DNA from: an uncultured Opitutales bacterium
GTDB lineage: Bacteria; Verrucomicrobiota; Verrucomicrobiia; Opitutales; Intestinicryptomonadaceae
DNA length: 32,000 bases
NCBI GenBank assembly: GCA_934660865.1
Contig: CAKUIA010000006.1
Location: 30,001-62,000, forward strand
Direction: 5' to 3'
In this document: positions 1 to 9,408 of the stretch, in pieces
How positions within the stretch are numbered: the first letter of the stretch is position 1
How the letters are laid out: each line of letters opens with the position of its first letter
Program-made: the position numbers and the translations under genes
The notes under the pieces: model-generated
Database searches by the model: none
What the model saw: only the letters and a program-made list of their open reading frames with translations
Told to the model about the DNA's origin: nothing

Positions 1-3
1 TTT

Positions 4-2424
4 TTAAAAAACCGTTCCGAAAGAGAAGTTAAACTGCATTCCGTTGTCGTTGTATTCGCTTGTGCGCATCGGGAAACCCAAGTCTATGCGCATGGGGGCA
101 CCCATAAGCACAATTCTTAAGCCTATGCCGAAGTCGGAATTGTAGTCGGAGGGGTCCCAATCCCAATCGTTGGCGTTTACAAAGCCTATGTCGTAGAACA
201 CCGCAACCCTTACGGGGTTGAACACTTCAACCGAATATTCTATCGACAAATACGCGAAGCTGTCGCCGCCGAAAGGCTCTCTTGAAGCCGCGTCTAGCCT
301 GCCCACCTTGCGGTATTTAAAGCCGCGCATATTGTAGCCGCCGCCAAGAAAGTATTTTTCGAAATACGGAACTTCTTTGTTGTCGTAGCCCATAACGGTG
401 CCCGCCCTGCCTACAAACGAAAGCACCTGCGAGCCCCAGTCGAAAGTGGGAATCCACCAGCCCGCACGGCCTTCAAGCCTGTACAGGTTTGTCTGCCCCA
501 TAAGCGGGCCGCCAGCTACGTTTTGCAAAAGCTCAAACCTTGTGCCCCTTGTGGGCATCATATAATTGTCGCGGTTGTCCCTTAAAAAGCTTAGGCCCAC
601 CTGCGAAATTGAGCGGTGCCCCTCTTCGTCTTTAATAAACGATGGCGCGCCCGCGCTTACGTCGTAGATTTCAACGTCTTCTACCGTATACGAAAGCCTT
701 GTTTCGATTAGCTCGTATATGCGCTTTCTTAGGTAGAAAGTCGCCCCCAACCTAACTTCGGAATAGTAGTCGGAATAATAGCCGGAGTCGGTTCTGAAAA
801 GCTCGGTACCGAACGCCAGCTCGCGGTTGAACACCCACGGCTCTTCGTAGCTTACTATAACCTGGTTCGAATACAAACCTATCGACGCCCTTATGCGGAA
901 TTTTTGGCCGGCGCCCTGAAAATAGTTGCTGTATTTGCGCCAGTCGAAATTGGTTTGCGTCAACTCCACAGTGCCGACCAAATTTTCGACGGTGGAAAAG
1001 CCCGCGCCGAACGTGATATTGCCCGTTCTGCCCTCTTTAAGCGTAATTTTAAGGTTGCGCCTGTTGGGTATGCCCGACGCTTCGGGGCTAAGTTTTACCT
1101 CGTCGAAAAATCTCGTGTTTTTAAGCCTGTTTTCGGAATCCTTCATTCTCACCAAGTCGAAAATTTCGCCGGGGGCCAGCGCCAATTCGCGCAAAATAAC
1201 CTCGCTTTTGGTCTTGTCGTTGCCGCTTATGTATATCGATTCCAAATAAAATCTTTCGCTTTCGACAATCTCTATTTCCAAGTCGATTGCGCCCGTTTTT
1301 AGATTGGGCTTGCGCTTCATTCGGGCAAAGGAATCCAAATAGCCGTATTGGCCGTAGTAGTCTCTAATGCTTTCGGCAGAAGAATCCACCTTGGCGGGCG
1401 AAAATACATCGCCTTCGTAGATATCGAGCAGCCTCATAAGCAAATCGGTGTCGAAAAGCTTGTTGCCCTTCATTGTGATTTTGCCCGTCTTGTACTGGCG
1501 CCCCTCGTTTATGGAAATCACCAAATCCATATCGCCGGGGTTGTCGGCGTCGGGGAACTCGAACCTTATTTTCGATTCGTCTATTTCGACGTCCAAATAG
1601 CCCAAATTGCGGTAGTAGTTTTTGATTTTTTCTATGTCGTCTTCAAGCTCGCTTTCCTTAAAGCGGCCGTTGTCGGTAAGGTACGAAATTACGGGTATCC
1701 AGGTATCGGTTTTCATTATGCCCAAAAGGTCGTCGGCCGAAACTTTTATCTGGGCAGACTTTTCCTCCTTTTTGGTTTGAATCATATTCAAAGTTTTTGT
1801 CCAAAAGCTGGAGCCTTCCTCCTCCAACTGGGGCGAGCCTTCGAAGCGTATGTTTATTATCTTAATGTCGCCGCCCTCGTTTATATCGAAAATAACCGCG
1901 CCCAAGCCCGTTTCCTTGTTGCGCTCTACCGAATACTTTATCTTCGCCAAAGAATAGCCCTTTTTGCGGTAAAACTCCTTAAGTTTGTCTACGTCTTTTT
2001 TGATTTTTATTTCGTCTAGGGGGGCGCCCGAATAGGTTTCGATTTCGTCGCTTAGGCGCGAGGCCGAATAGCGCTTGTTGCCCTTAAAAACAACCTGCCC
2101 TATGCGCTGGCGCGTTATAACCTTAAGGGCAATGTCCATTCTGCCGCCTATGTCCAAAGTTTTTTTGGCTTCAACGTGGTCGTACAGACCCGTCGAATAA
2201 AGGCTTCGTATGGAGGAATCCAAAGCCTTTTGGTCGAAAGGCATTCCGCTTCTAAGCTTCATGTGCGCTAAAATCGCCTCTTTCGAAACGTTTTGCGAGC
2301 CTTCTATTTTTACCGAAATTTGGTCTACCAAAGGTTGCGCCGACTGCGGCTGCGTTTGCGCCGCGTAAGTACCTGCAACAAATAGCGACGCCGCCGCCAA
2401 TGCCAATATTTTAAGCGTTTTCAT
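4..2424 (-). CDS. bamA: Outer membrane protein assembly factor BamA (Omp85 family)
   Basis: ORF 4..2448. The likely start is the internal Met giving MKTLKILALAAASLFVAGTYAAQ, a signal peptide. Repeated POTRA-like modules are followed by a C-terminal beta-barrel ending ...FNFSFGTVF with a terminal aromatic residue. The start overlaps the dnaB stop by 14 nt. Confidence 0.9.
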   Translation of the reverse strand: MKTLKILALAAASLFVAGTYAAQTQPQSAQPLVDQISVKIEGSQNVSKEAILAHMKLRSGMPFDQKALDSSIRSLYSTGLYDHVEAKKTLDIGGRMDIALKVITRQRIGQVVFKGNKRYSASRLSDEIETYSGAPLDEIKIKKDVDKLKEFYRKKGYSLAKIKYSVERNKETGLGAVIFDINEGGDIKIINIRFEGSPQLEEEGSSFWTKTLNMIQTKKEEKSAQIKVSADDLLGIMKTDTWIPVISYLTDNGRFKESELEDDIEKIKNYYRNLGYLDVEIDESKIRFEFPDADNPGDMDLVISINEGRQYKTGKITMKGNKLFDTDLLMRLLDIYEGDVFSPAKVDSSAESIRDYYGQYGYLDSFARMKRKPNLKTGAIDLEIEIVESERFYLESIYISGNDKTKSEVILRELALAPGEIFDLVRMKDSENRLKNTRFFDEVKLSPEASGIPNRRNLKITLKEGRTGNITFGAGFSTVENLVGTVELTQTNFDWRKYSNYFQGAGQKFRIRASIGLYSNQVIVSYEEPWVFNRELAFGTELFRTDSGYYSDYYSEVRLGATFYLRKRIYELIETRLSYTVEDVEIYDVSAGAPSFIKDEEGHRSISQVGLSFLRDNRDNYMMPTRGTRFELLQNVAGGPLMGQTNLYRLEGRAGWWIPTFDWGSQVLSFVGRAGTVMGYDNKEVPYFEKYFLGGGYNMRGFKYRKVGRLDAASREPFGGDSFAYLSIEYSVEVFNPVRVAVFYDIGFVNANDWDWDPSDYNSDFGIGLRIVLMGAPMRIDLGFPMRTSEYNDNGMQFNFSFGTVF

Positions 2425-3829
2425 CTTTTGTGGGCAAATAATTGTCAAATCGTGTATAGTTTCTGTTAAACACCAAGTCTACAACGCCTGTGGGGCCGTT
2501 TCTGTGCTTGGCTATTATAAGTTTTACAAGCCTTTGCGAATTTGTAAGCTGTTCGTCTCCGTCTTTCTTTTTCCAATTCAAAAGCAAAATCAAGTCGGCG
2601 TCCTGCTCTATAGAGCCCGATTCGCGCAAGTCGCTCGGACGCGGGTCGCGGTTGTCCTTTTCGGTTTCGCGGTTTAGCTGGGCTAAAACTACAACGGGCA
2701 AATCAAGCTCTTTTGCCATGGCCTTCATACCCCTCGAAATTTCGGCAACCTGCTGTTCGCGCGGAATGCGGCTGTCGGTGCCCTTAAGCAGCTGCAAATA
2801 GTCTACAATAATAAGGCCTATGTCGTGCTGCTGCTTCATGCGGCGGGCCTTTGCGCGCATTTCCAAAATCGTCATATCGGAGGTGTCCTCTATCCACATC
2901 ATTCCGTTTTTAAGCTCTTTGGCAACGGCAATAAGGTCTTTTTGCTTGTCGCTGTTAAGGAAGCTGCCCTTGCGCAAAGTTTCCTGGTCTAGCCTTGCCC
3001 TGGAGCATATCATACGCATTGCAAGCAGGTCGGCCGACATTTCCAACGAAAACACCAAAACCTTTGTGGGCTTGTTGTAGGCAAACATTGCAGATTCTGC
3101 CATATTAAGGGCAATGGAGGTTTTGCCCATACCGGGGCGCGCCGCAATAACAATCATTTCCTTGTTCTGCAAACCCCTTGTTACGTTGTCTAAATCGGTA
3201 AAGCCCGTGGGCACGCCCGTATACGAGCCCTTGCCCTGAATCATCTTGTTTATTATGCCTACGGCCTTGTCTACCTCGCTGTTAATGCTCTGCGCCGTAT
3301 CCGAAATTCGGTCTTGGCTAATCTGCATTATCTGCTGCTCTACGCCGTCTATAAAATTTTCGAAATCGCCCTGCGACTTGTACGCGTCTTCTATGGCCTT
3401 TGTGCACGAGCGTATCAAAGCCCTTATAAAATATTTTTCGCGCACAATTTCCAGCCATGTCTTAAAATGCGCAAAGCTTTCAAGCCTGTTTGCAATGTCG
3501 GCTATCGCCGAGGGCCCGCCTACCGAGTTAAGGTCGCCCCTCTTTAGCAGGGCTTCGGTTAGGGTAACAATGTCGCACGGCATGCCGTCGGAATTTAACG
3601 ACAAAATGGCCGCGTATATTTTTTGGTGTTTCGGGTAAAAGAAATATTCGGGGGTAAGCTTTGCAACAATGCAGGCGTTTACAACCGTTGAATTGTCGCT
3701 GTCTAGTATCATACTGGCCAAAAGACCGATTTCGGCGTCTTCGCTATGGGGCAGCTCCGGTGCCAACAAAGGCGTTTGCCCTTTAAGGGGCAAATTGTCT
3801 TTCTTTACAAAATTTTTAGTATCGGCCAT
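2411..3829 (-). CDS. dnaB: Replicative DNA helicase DnaB
   Basis: 472 aa. N-terminal PHSEDAEIGLLASMILD matches the DnaB N-domain. Walker A is ARPGMGKTS, and the motifs IIVDYLQLL and RESGSIEQDADL are typical of DnaB. No intein insertion is present. Confidence 0.95.
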   Translation of the reverse strand: MADTKNFVKKDNLPLKGQTPLLAPELPHSEDAEIGLLASMILDSDNSTVVNACIVAKLTPEYFFYPKHQKIYAAILSLNSDGMPCDIVTLTEALLKRGDLNSVGGPSAIADIANRLESFAHFKTWLEIVREKYFIRALIRSCTKAIEDAYKSQGDFENFIDGVEQQIMQISQDRISDTAQSINSEVDKAVGIINKMIQGKGSYTGVPTGFTDLDNVTRGLQNKEMIVIAARPGMGKTSIALNMAESAMFAYNKPTKVLVFSLEMSADLLAMRMICSRARLDQETLRKGSFLNSDKQKDLIAVAKELKNGMMWIEDTSDMTILEMRAKARRMKQQHDIGLIIVDYLQLLKGTDSRIPREQQVAEISRGMKAMAKELDLPVVVLAQLNRETEKDNRDPRPSDLRESGSIEQDADLILLLNWKKKDGDEQLTNSQRLVKLIIAKHRNGPTGVVDLVFNRNYTRFDNYLPTKDENA

Positions 3830-3849
3830 TTGGTGTATATATGAAACAT

Positions 3850-3924
3850 AAAAAAAGACCGCCGAAGGGAGATTGTCAAAACATTAAAAATATTCGACAA
3901 AAATAGTCGCCCCCTCGGCGGTCT
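3850..3924 (-). terminator. Structured intercistronic element (long-range stem plus U-tract) between rplI and dnaB
   Basis: AGACCGCCGAAGGG (3856-3869) is complementary to CCCCTCGGCGGTCT (3911-3924) at 13 of 14 positions. The 41-nt AT-rich loop holds two small hairpins (TTGTC/GACAA and CGAC/GTCG). On the minus-strand RNA the stem is followed by U6-7. Confidence 0.4.
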
Positions 3925-3945
3925 ATATTCTAAAAAAGTTCCGAC

Positions 3946-4449
3946 TTATTCGGCCGATTTTTCGGCGGGTTTTTCTTCCTTAACCTCTTCTACGGGATTT
4001 TCGGAAACGATTTCTACGCCGATTTCGAACTTTACGTCTTTGTGGAGCTTAATGTGGGCGGTGTGCTTGCCCAAGTCTTTAATGGGAGCAGCCAACGAAA
4101 CCGCCTTTTTGTTAAGTTCTACGCCGTTTTCGGCAATCTTGGCGAGAATGTTCTGAGCCGTTACCGAGCCGAAAAGCTTGCCGCCTTCGCCTGTCTTAAC
4201 AGCTATTGCAATATTCATAGCCTCGATTTTTGCCTGCAATTCCTTTGCGGCTTCAAGCTCTTGGGCTTCGCGTGCAGCCCTTCTTGCCTGGAGAGCTTCA
4301 ATCTGCTTTTTGTTGGCGCGAGTTACCGAAACAGCCAACTTTTTGGGGAACAAGAAGTTGCGTGCATAACCTGCCCTAACCGAAACTTGTTCGCCTTCGC
4401 CGCCGAGATTTTCTACGGGTTTAATCAACAATACTTGTGTTGTAGCCAT
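3946..4449 (-). CDS. rplI: 50S ribosomal protein L9
   Basis: N-terminus ...LLIKPVENLGGEGEQVSVRAGYARNFLFPKKLAV is the L9 signature. It carries an acidic C-terminal tail (EEVKEEKPAEKSAE). Confidence 0.95.
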   Translation of the reverse strand: MATTQVLLIKPVENLGGEGEQVSVRAGYARNFLFPKKLAVSVTRANKKQIEALQARRAAREAQELEAAKELQAKIEAMNIAIAVKTGEGGKLFGSVTAQNILAKIAENGVELNKKAVSLAAPIKDLGKHTAHIKLHKDVKFEIGVEIVSENPVEEVKEEKPAEKSAE

Positions 4450-4493
4450 ATCTTTATAATATTCTAATTTTTGTTTTTTTGTTTAAATTTGCA

Positions 4494-4952
4494 TTAAAAT
4501 GGTACGTCGTCGTCTTCAAGATCGTCTTTCGAAACGTCTCTTTGACGGCTTACGGGCTGCCTTTGCGAGGGGCTGGAGGACTCGTAGTCGTACGATTTTT
4601 CGAAACCGCCGTCGGAGTTTTTGCCGCCGACAAATTCAAACCTCTCCAAAACTACAACAAGCTTGGAGCGTTTTTGGTTTGTGGTTTTGTCTTCCCAAGT
4701 GTCTTGGCGCAGCCTGCCTTCAACCAAAATGGGCTTGCCCTTGCCGAAATACTTGGCGACATTTTCGGCCGTCCTGCCAAAGCATTCAATATCTATAAAA
4801 CAGGCTTCGTCTCTCAACGTGCCGTCTTGCGAGGTGTACGAACGATTTACCGCAATGGTAAAACGGCATATAACCGTTCCGCTTTGCGTCTGCCTTGAAT
4901 CGGGATCCCTCGTCAAGTTTCCAAGCAGAATAACCTTGTTGAATGATGGCAT
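4494..4952 (-). CDS. ssb: Single-stranded DNA-binding protein
   Basis: An OB-fold N-terminus (FNKVILLGNLTRDP), a disordered linker and the canonical acidic tip DDLEDDDVPF. Confidence 0.95.
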   Translation of the reverse strand: MPSFNKVILLGNLTRDPDSRQTQSGTVICRFTIAVNRSYTSQDGTLRDEACFIDIECFGRTAENVAKYFGKGKPILVEGRLRQDTWEDKTTNQKRSKLVVVLERFEFVGGKNSDGGFEKSYDYESSSPSQRQPVSRQRDVSKDDLEDDDVPF

Positions 4953-4989
4953 TTTTAAAGTCTTTTTTAATTACGTTAAAAATGGCTTA

Positions 4990-5280
4990 TTAGGCAACCT
5001 GTATCATCACGCGGTCTACAGTCTTGTCCAAACGCAACTTTTCCTTAATGGCGTTTACGCTTGTTGTGGGACCTTCGTAGTTAATGCGAACATAAATTCC
5101 CGTGGGGAATTTGCGGTCGGTAACTCTTGCAAACTGCTTCGAGCCCATATTTTCAACTTCCGAAACCTTGCCTTCAACCGAGGCGATTACACCCTTTAGC
5201 TTCTCGATAAGAGTTTCTACGGGTTCTTCGTAAGACCTTGTGTCGAGAATGAATACTGCGCTATATTTGTTGTTTTTCAT
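4990..5280 (-). CDS. rpsF: 30S ribosomal protein S6
   Basis: ORF 4990..5322. The internal start MKNNKYSAVFILD... fits S6 N-termini. Its position upstream of ssb is typical. The first 20 nt overlap the 3' end of pth. Confidence 0.85.
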   Translation of the reverse strand: MKNNKYSAVFILDTRSYEEPVETLIEKLKGVIASVEGKVSEVENMGSKQFARVTDRKFPTGIYVRINYEGPTTSVNAIKEKLRLDKTVDRVMIQVA

Positions 5281-5863
5281 CTTTATGTATTTTTTGGTTA
5301 ATTGTATTTTGTGCAAACTCAACGCCCCTCTTTTTCATTATACAGAGCGCTTCGAGCACCGTGTCCGCCGCCGCAGGCATTTTTGCCAAATCGCCGTCAG
5401 AAAACGCGCCGAGAACATAGTCGGCCAAATCCATTGTTTTAAACGGTTTTGCGCCTATTCCCACGCGGATTCTTGTAAAGCCCTCGCCGAAAAGCGATAT
5501 TATGTTGCCCACTCCGTTATGGCCTCCGCCCGAGCCGCCCACGCTAATCTTAACGCGGCCTACGTCGAATGCGGTGTCGTCGTATACTACCGCCACCTGC
5601 GAAATGTTTAACTTGTAGAACGACAGCGCCCTTTTAAGGTTTATGCCGCTTTCGTTCATATAGCCTTCAAGCTTTAGCAATATAAGGTTGTCGCCAAAAA
5701 GCGGCAATGTTGCCGTTTGCCCGTTGCAATATTTATTGGGCGAAAAGCTTATTTTGCATTTTTCGGCAATTAAATTCAGAATATTGCGCCCCGTGTTGTG
5801 CCTTGTTTTGGCGTATTTTTCGGGCGAATTTCCCAACCCAACTGCCAGCTTTATGTTGGACAT
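5261..5863 (-). CDS. pth: Peptidyl-tRNA hydrolase
   Basis: IKLAVGLGN.PEKYAKTRHNTG and GGHNGV motifs. The likely start is the Met of MSNIKLAVGLGN, although the ORF is open to 5890. It lies downstream of rplY as in many bacteria. Confidence 0.9.
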   Translation of the reverse strand: MSNIKLAVGLGNSPEKYAKTRHNTGRNILNLIAEKCKISFSPNKYCNGQTATLPLFGDNLILLKLEGYMNESGINLKRALSFYKLNISQVAVVYDDTAFDVGRVKISVGGSGGGHNGVGNIISLFGEGFTRIRVGIGAKPFKTMDLADYVLGAFSDGDLAKMPAAADTVLEALCIMKKRGVEFAQNTINQKIHKDEKQQI

Positions 5864-5920
5864 ATCAAAGAACAATGCAGCTTCGGGCAAAAACCCTAGG
5901 CTGCGTTTTTAAAATTAAAA

Positions 5921-6595
5921 CTATTTCTTGGGAGCCGCTTTCGCATCTGCCGCGGGAGCAGCAGCTTTTGCATCGGCAGCGGGGGCTGCAGCATCGCCTT
6001 CGGCCGCTGCGGGAGCGGGTTCTTCTTCCTCTTCTTCCTTGTTGATGAAGCAGGAAACCAAAACTCTGTCTTTGTGTTCGTTGTATTCAACGCCTTCAAG
6101 CTTGGGCAAATCGGCAACCGTAATGGCCTGGTCCAATTTCAAATCGGTAATGTCTACCGCAATTTCTTCGGGAAGGTCTCTGGGACGGCAAATAACCTTA
6201 ACTTCGCGGTGGTAAACTTCTACTACGCCGCCGCCGTTTCTAACGCCGTCTGCTTCGCCGAATACACGGAAGGGAATAACCGCGTGCATGGGTTTGCCGC
6301 GAACAACTTCCAAAAAGTCTATGTGCATAATGTCGTCGGAAATCGGGTTCCTGTCGATTTGCTTGATAACCGCGTAGTTGCCTTCTTTGCCGTCGCCGAA
6401 GTCCAATTCAAGCAATACTGCTTTGCCAACGACCGACTTTTCGACCTTGGAAAAATCCGCCTTGTTTACTACGAGGGGCTGCGAGCCGCTTTCTCCGTAG
6501 ATTACCGACGGTATGCCGCCGCTTTTACGGCAGCGCTTTGCTGTATTGTTGCCTGTTTCCTGACGAACTTTTACTGGGATTTTTACCTGTTTCAT
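5921..6595 (-). CDS. rplY: 50S ribosomal protein L25 / general stress protein Ctc
   Basis: Long-form L25/Ctc: the N-terminus has GKNTAKRCRKSGGIPSVIYG-like sequence, followed by a beta-barrel domain and a low-complexity acidic and Ala/Pro-rich C-terminal tail. Confidence 0.9.
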   Translation of the reverse strand: MKQVKIPVKVRQETGNNTAKRCRKSGGIPSVIYGESGSQPLVVNKADFSKVEKSVVGKAVLLELDFGDGKEGNYAVIKQIDRNPISDDIMHIDFLEVVRGKPMHAVIPFRVFGEADGVRNGGGVVEVYHREVKVICRPRDLPEEIAVDITDLKLDQAITVADLPKLEGVEYNEHKDRVLVSCFINKEEEEEEPAPAAAEGDAAAPAADAKAAAPAADAKAAPKK

Positions 6596-6780
6596 TTGAG
6601 TATTGCTATGTTTTTTAGAAATTTATGGGAGATATTTGCACCATATTTATATGCGCAAACACACCTTTAAAAGATTTACAAGTTACGCCCTTGTGTATAA
6701 AAAGCAACACATTTTTTAAATTATTTTTAAAAATAAGTGTTTGAATTCTCAAAAATTATTCTTTTTATTTAGTAAATATT

Positions 6781-9348
6781 ATGCCCAAGGAAAAACTCAC
6801 CCCCATGATGGAACAATATTGGGATTTTAAAAAATCCCTCAACAAAGACACTTTGTTGCTGTTCAGATTGGGCGATTTCTACGAAATGTTTTTCGACGAC
6901 GCCGTATGCGGCTCGAAAATTTTGGGCATAACGCTTACAAAAAGGCAAAGCAGCCCCATGGCGGGCATTCCCTACCACGCTTTGCAGCAATATTTGCCCA
7001 AACTTTTGGAAAAGGGCAAAAAAGTGGCCATTTGCGAGCAGGACGAAAAACCCGTGGCCGGCAAGCTTGTAAAGCGCTCTATTAGCCGGATTTTAACGCC
7101 GGGCACTTCCATAGACGACTACCAGCTTTCGGCAAAGCAGCGCAACTATATGTATGCGGTAGACATAGACACAAAAAAGCGCCGCCTTTTCGCCTCGTGG
7201 ATAGACGTAAGCACGGGCGAGTTTTTAACCGCCCTCTTTGAAAACCCCGAAGACTTTATACCCGTATTTTCGGCAAATTCGCCCAAGGAAATCCTTTTGC
7301 CCGAAGAAAGGTCGAAGGAATGGAAAAGCAACCCCTCGCTTTCGGGCTGGCTTTGCATTTTCAGGGCCGTTGCAGACCTGTGCCCGATAACCCTTTTGCC
7401 CGACTACGTTTTCGACCGCGAATACGGTTTCGAGCAAACGACAAGGGCGCTTTCGAGAATTTCGCTGGACGGCTTCGGCATAAAAAGGGAATTCGAGCCT
7501 TTGGGGACGGCGGGGGCCCTGATATTCTATTCGTCCGAAACTTTAAGGCACAGTCCCGTAAATTTGCGCTCGATAAAAAGGTACGATTCGGGCAAATATA
7601 TGTCGATAGACGCGGCAACCCAGCGCAATTTGGAGCTTTTTAAAACGGTTTCGGGCGCAAGAAACGGCTCGGTGCTAAGCCTTATAGACTACACGCAGTC
7701 GGCGGCGGGCGGCAGGCTGCTGGAATCGTATTTGGCGTCGCCGCTTATGGATTTGGCCGAAATACGCAAAAGAGGGCAAACGGCGAAGGAATTGTTCGAC
7801 TCGCCCGCCATTTGCGAGAAAATTTTAAAAAGTTTGGGGCAAATAAAGGATTTGCCGCGAATTTTGGGCAGGCTTAAAAACGGCGTAAAAAACCCGCGCG
7901 AGCTTGGCGCCGTTGCCTCTACGCTGGAGGAAATGGAGCCCATAAAAGAGCTGTTAAAATCGGTAAACGGCACTTTGTGCAAAGATTTGGCCGAAAATAT
8001 CGGAACATTTGCCGAATTAAAGGAGCGCCTAAAAAGCGCCCTAAACGACGAACTGCCGATAAAAATAGCCGAAGGCGGCGTTATACGCGCGGGCTTTAAC
8101 CAAGAGTTGGACGACACGCGCAATTTAAGCGTAAATTCAAAAAAATGGCTTTCGGATTTCGAGGCCAACGAGCAGGCGAAAACGGGCATTAAAAATTTAA
8201 GGGTAAAACACACCGCCCCCTTCGGGTTTTCCATAGAAATTACAAAATCGTTTTTGCACCTGGTGCCGCCGCACTATATAAGAAGGCAAACCCTTGTAAA
8301 CGCCGAAAGGTTTACAACCGACGAGCTTCGAAAAAAGGAGACGGAAATCCTAAATTCCGAAGAAAGGGCGCTGCAGCTTGAGCAAAAGATTTTCGACGAG
8401 CTTGTAGCCTATGTTTTGGAAAGTTTCGACCAGCTTATAGACACCGCCGAAACCCTTGCAAAGGTAGACGTATTTTGCTCGTACGCCAAGCTTGCGCTAG
8501 ACTGGGACTATTGCCTGCCCAAAGTAGACAACTCCGACACGCTCGACATAGTTCAGGGCAGGCACGTTGTAATAGAGCAAATGCTTGCCAACGGCAAAAC
8601 GGGGCTTTCCGACAAGTTTGTTGCAAACGACACTTTCCTGTCTTCAAGCGGCGAGCAAATTGCGCTTATAACGGGGCCGAATATGGCGGGTAAATCCACC
8701 TACATAAGGCAGACCGCCCTTATTGCAATTTTGGCGCAAATGGGCTGTTTTGTTCCCGCAAAGAAATGCACAATGGGGCTAATCGACAAAGTGTTCAGCC
8801 GAGTCGGCGCTTCCGACGAGCTTTCGCGCGGCAACTCGACCTTTATGGTTGAGATGAACGAAACGGCCAACATTTTAAACAACGCAACAAACAAGTCGCT
8901 TATTATATTGGACGAAATCGGCAGGGGAACGAGCACATACGACGGCCTTAGCATAGCATGGGCCATAGTAGAATACCTGCACGGCGACGAAAAATCGGGC
9001 CCTAAAACCCTTTTTGCAACCCACTACCACGAGCTTACCAAGCTTGAAGGCCTTTTAAACAGGCTTGTAAACTACAAGGTTTGCGTAAGGGAATATAACG
9101 ACGAAATCATATTTGTAAGAACCATAGAGCGCGGCCAGGCCGACAAATCGTACGGCATACAGGTTGCAAAGCTTGCCGGCCTGCCCGACGAAGTTATAGA
9201 AAGGGCCAAAAGCGTGCTTGGCGAAATAGAAAACGAGGGCAACATTGTCGTTTGCAGGCTCGACTCGGCAAAAGGCGCAACGCCCAAGCCGCGCCGCGAG
9301 CGCAAAAAAGACGCCCAGGGGGGAGCTACCCAGCTGTTTTTCCTTTAA
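6781..9348 (+). CDS. mutS: DNA mismatch repair protein MutS
   Basis: N-terminus has TPMMEQYWDFK...LLLFRLGDFYEMFFDDA. Walker A is GPNMAGKST, and STFMVEMNE and DEIGRGTSTYDG are present. The extreme C-terminus QLFFL resembles a beta-clamp-binding pentapeptide. Confidence 0.95.
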   Translation: MPKEKLTPMMEQYWDFKKSLNKDTLLLFRLGDFYEMFFDDAVCGSKILGITLTKRQSSPMAGIPYHALQQYLPKLLEKGKKVAICEQDEKPVAGKLVKRSISRILTPGTSIDDYQLSAKQRNYMYAVDIDTKKRRLFASWIDVSTGEFLTALFENPEDFIPVFSANSPKEILLPEERSKEWKSNPSLSGWLCIFRAVADLCPITLLPDYVFDREYGFEQTTRALSRISLDGFGIKREFEPLGTAGALIFYSSETLRHSPVNLRSIKRYDSGKYMSIDAATQRNLELFKTVSGARNGSVLSLIDYTQSAAGGRLLESYLASPLMDLAEIRKRGQTAKELFDSPAICEKILKSLGQIKDLPRILGRLKNGVKNPRELGAVASTLEEMEPIKELLKSVNGTLCKDLAENIGTFAELKERLKSALNDELPIKIAEGGVIRAGFNQELDDTRNLSVNSKKWLSDFEANEQAKTGIKNLRVKHTAPFGFSIEITKSFLHLVPPHYIRRQTLVNAERFTTDELRKKETEILNSEERALQLEQKIFDELVAYVLESFDQLIDTAETLAKVDVFCSYAKLALDWDYCLPKVDNSDTLDIVQGRHVVIEQMLANGKTGLSDKFVANDTFLSSSGEQIALITGPNMAGKSTYIRQTALIAILAQMGCFVPAKKCTMGLIDKVFSRVGASDELSRGNSTFMVEMNETANILNNATNKSLIILDEIGRGTSTYDGLSIAWAIVEYLHGDEKSGPKTLFATHYHELTKLEGLLNRLVNYKVCVREYNDEIIFVRTIERGQADKSYGIQVAKLAGLPDEVIERAKSVLGEIENEGNIVVCRLDSAKGATPKPRRERKKDAQGGATQLFFL

Positions 9349-9408
9349 AAATTGCCGATATTTTTGCATTAAAGCGGCGCATAAAAAAGGCTTTAACCCT
9401 AAAATGCA

